Source: Asterionella formosa (Eukaryota). From it: DNA of 64,000 nucleotides. The translations under genes and the position numbers were made by a program. Under the pieces are notes generated by a model. The model had not been told where the DNA came from. It did no database searches and saw nothing but the letters and a program-made list of their open reading frames with translations. Below are positions 62,016 to 64,000 of this stretch, piece after piece; within the stretch, counting starts at the first letter, position 1; the number at the start of each line of letters is the position of its first letter. The DNA lies in contig NKIB01009726.1 of the NCBI GenBank assembly GCA_002256025.1, positions 1-64,000 on the forward strand, in the 5' to 3' direction.

Positions 62016-63141
62016 ATGTTTAACTCTGTGGTCTTAGAAAGCGCGTTATAAGTGAGTCTCAATTTTAGTATTAAAAGTTTTAGTTCAGTATTAAACTTAA
62101 ACTGTGATGCATTTGGCAAATTTAGGTCCAAATCAAGGTACAGCTTGTATGGGCAAGTCCAAAACAAGGTACACCATAAATTGGAATTGATGATCTGATT
62201 GGTTTACCAAAATACAAGGTGGATGCGAAAATAGTAAAACCCAATACAAGGTGCACCTCGTATTGGACATTTAACCCTATTTCGGAGAAACTATCCATTC
62301 CTTGTACCGGAGGGCGGGTCATTTTGGAAATTACCTTGAATTTGAGAAAAAAGCTTAGATATTTCCTTTTATCGGCGAGAGCACGGATTTGCAACACTAA
62401 CAACAAAGCAAGCCAATGCAAGGTCAGCCTTGTTTTGGTAAATTTCTTTTCACCTTGTAATGGATTCCAATACAAGGTATTTTCGTTTCCTGTGCAGTAA
62501 GCACAGAGCTTACATGGACCTACCGAAGTGACAGAAAGACTACCAGGTAATTGATACAGAGGGGTAGACTCTACTAGTCTACAGGCATCAGTGGGGTTGG
62601 ATTATTACCATCAATATCACAAGGTGGTATCAGACCAATTGTTTGTTAGGAATTTGTGGGCTTTGCCAGATCAGAAGTTACCTTGACTGCTGACCAGCAG
62701 GGAGACACTATTTCTATACTATGATGAGAAACATTTTGTGAGGAAGAATATGAATGAAGTTCGTGGTATAAAAGCCAAGAATATTCTACTGGGGTGACAA
62801 ATGGCATCTTAGGATAGCATTCGTCCACTTGCTTGCTTACAGCTACTTTGTGCCTTAGTGGTGGGAGCAAATATGAATAATGCTGGTACAATGACACTAC
62901 GGGAGCATTTGTGCTCCTTATTTTCCTCCACAGAATGGTGAAGCATATCGAGAATATAATTTAAATCCATGACAAGCCAAGTGAGGACAATGATCTGGAC
63001 AGAGATATTTCCCTGGCGTTCGCACCACCTGATTTGGAGTCGAGGAGACTGCAGTGGGCATGGATTTTTGGATGTGCGGTCAAAGGATGTCAAAGGATTT
63101 CAAAGGAAGTTTAAGCTTCATGCTGTGTTAGAGTTAGAGAG

Positions 63142-63999
63142 CTATGTAAAAGCCGAGCTAGCCGAGAAAATGGCAACATCGCGATGAAGACGCTCGTTCT
63201 CCTCTCGCAACTCGTCGATGGCAGTTAGGAGGTCTTCGTTCTCCCGCTCGAGCATGTCTACCTTGCTCTCAGCTGCTTCGACCCGTGTCGATGCATCGGC
63301 GAGAGCTTTACCAATATTCACGGATTCCATCATTTCTCCAACCTGAGCACGCAAAGGTAGACTGTCAACCGTCAATAGCTTGCACAGGTAAGGGAAAAGC
63401 TCTATCATAAGCCCTTCGATATTTGCGCCTAGTTTCAACGCCCTCAGCATAGTCACAGCAATCTCTACGTTGACGTCATTCTCGCGAACTCCTTTGTCGG
63501 TAATAGAGTCAAGAGCACCCTGTATAGCATTCTTCGCAGTCGACCGAAGCGATACACTATTGGGTTGCAGTTTGCAAAGACCACCAAAACACTCTCTACC
63601 GATTGATAGGGCTTCATCATGCCTTTTCTTCGATCTTCGCTTTTCTGAGTCTCCCTTTCCTTCAAAGGCGTGCCCACGTGCAACATCCATTGATGAATTG
63701 ACAGACAAAGCGAGGAGAGAACAAAGATCCTCTTTCATTCGATCTGGAACATGAGCGACAGCAGATCTAATTAGATCAGCAAGGTTGGTAGTTTGAGAAA
63801 TATACGGAACCGTCGATGTACTCTGTATCGGTGTTAGCATATGCATCAACACCACATTCACTCTTTCCCAAAGAATATCGATTAACTGACTGAAAGCTGA
63901 ATCGTTCGCGACCCCATCCAATTTCGCAGCACTGGCTAAGCCAGCCTCCATCACCGGTACAAGCAAAGTGTAACTTCGCTTCTTTTTGTGTTCTTTCAA
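63142..63999 (-). CDS. 3' part of a helical-repeat protein with C-terminal coiled coil (possibly MON2-like); 5' end outside the window
   Basis: Open frame of at least 285 aa reaching the window edge. LFPYLCKLLTVDSLPLRAQV resembles the Mon2 C-terminus; tentative. Confidence 0.7.
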   Translation of the reverse strand: MKEHKKKRSYTLLVPVMEAGLASAAKLDGVANDSAFSQLIDILWERVNVVLMHMLTPIQSTSTVPYISQTTNLADLIRSAVAHVPDRMKEDLCSLLALSVNSSMDVARGHAFEGKGDSEKRRSKKRHDEALSIGRECFGGLCKLQPNSVSLRSTAKNAIQGALDSITDKGVRENDVNVEIAVTMLRALKLGANIEGLMIELFPYLCKLLTVDSLPLRAQVGEMMESVNIGKALADASTRVEAAESKVDMLERENEDLLTAIDELREENERLHRDVAIFSASSAFT

Positions 64000-64000
64000 T

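Overview
Eukaryotic nuclear DNA, most likely a diatom. Evidence: short GT-AG introns, several bipartite plastid presequences (signal peptide followed by A/G-F or A-W), and gene families typical of diatoms. About 21 protein-coding genes are supported: two ankyrin-like/RNI-type LRR paralogues, an APH/EcKinase-like kinase, SEM1/DSS1, gamma-tocopherol methyltransferase, an F-box/JmjC protein, a YafJ-like class II glutamine amidotransferase, a parvulin PPIase, a fibrillin-like protein, a TPR-like protein, a SET-TPR-2OG oxygenase fusion, two plant-type LRR surface proteins, cystathionine beta-synthase, a CRAL-TRIO protein, a hemerythrin-like protein, NDUFB9, fructosamine kinase, a CCR4/nocturnin EEP protein, a partial helical-repeat gene and two hypotheticals. 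AT-rich blocks between them hold transposon debris: a pogo-like tail, a Mutator-like pseudogene, MITE-like elements and a 1.4-kb repeat in two inverted copies. Three observations stand out. (1) Arrays of a palindromic heptamer (GGTACCW)n cluster upstream of most genes. (2) Two copies of a tRNA-headed SINE-like element carry a double B-box. (3) One LRR gene has five phase-1 introns, all at the same position in the repeat. All calls are by eye; no database searches were run.
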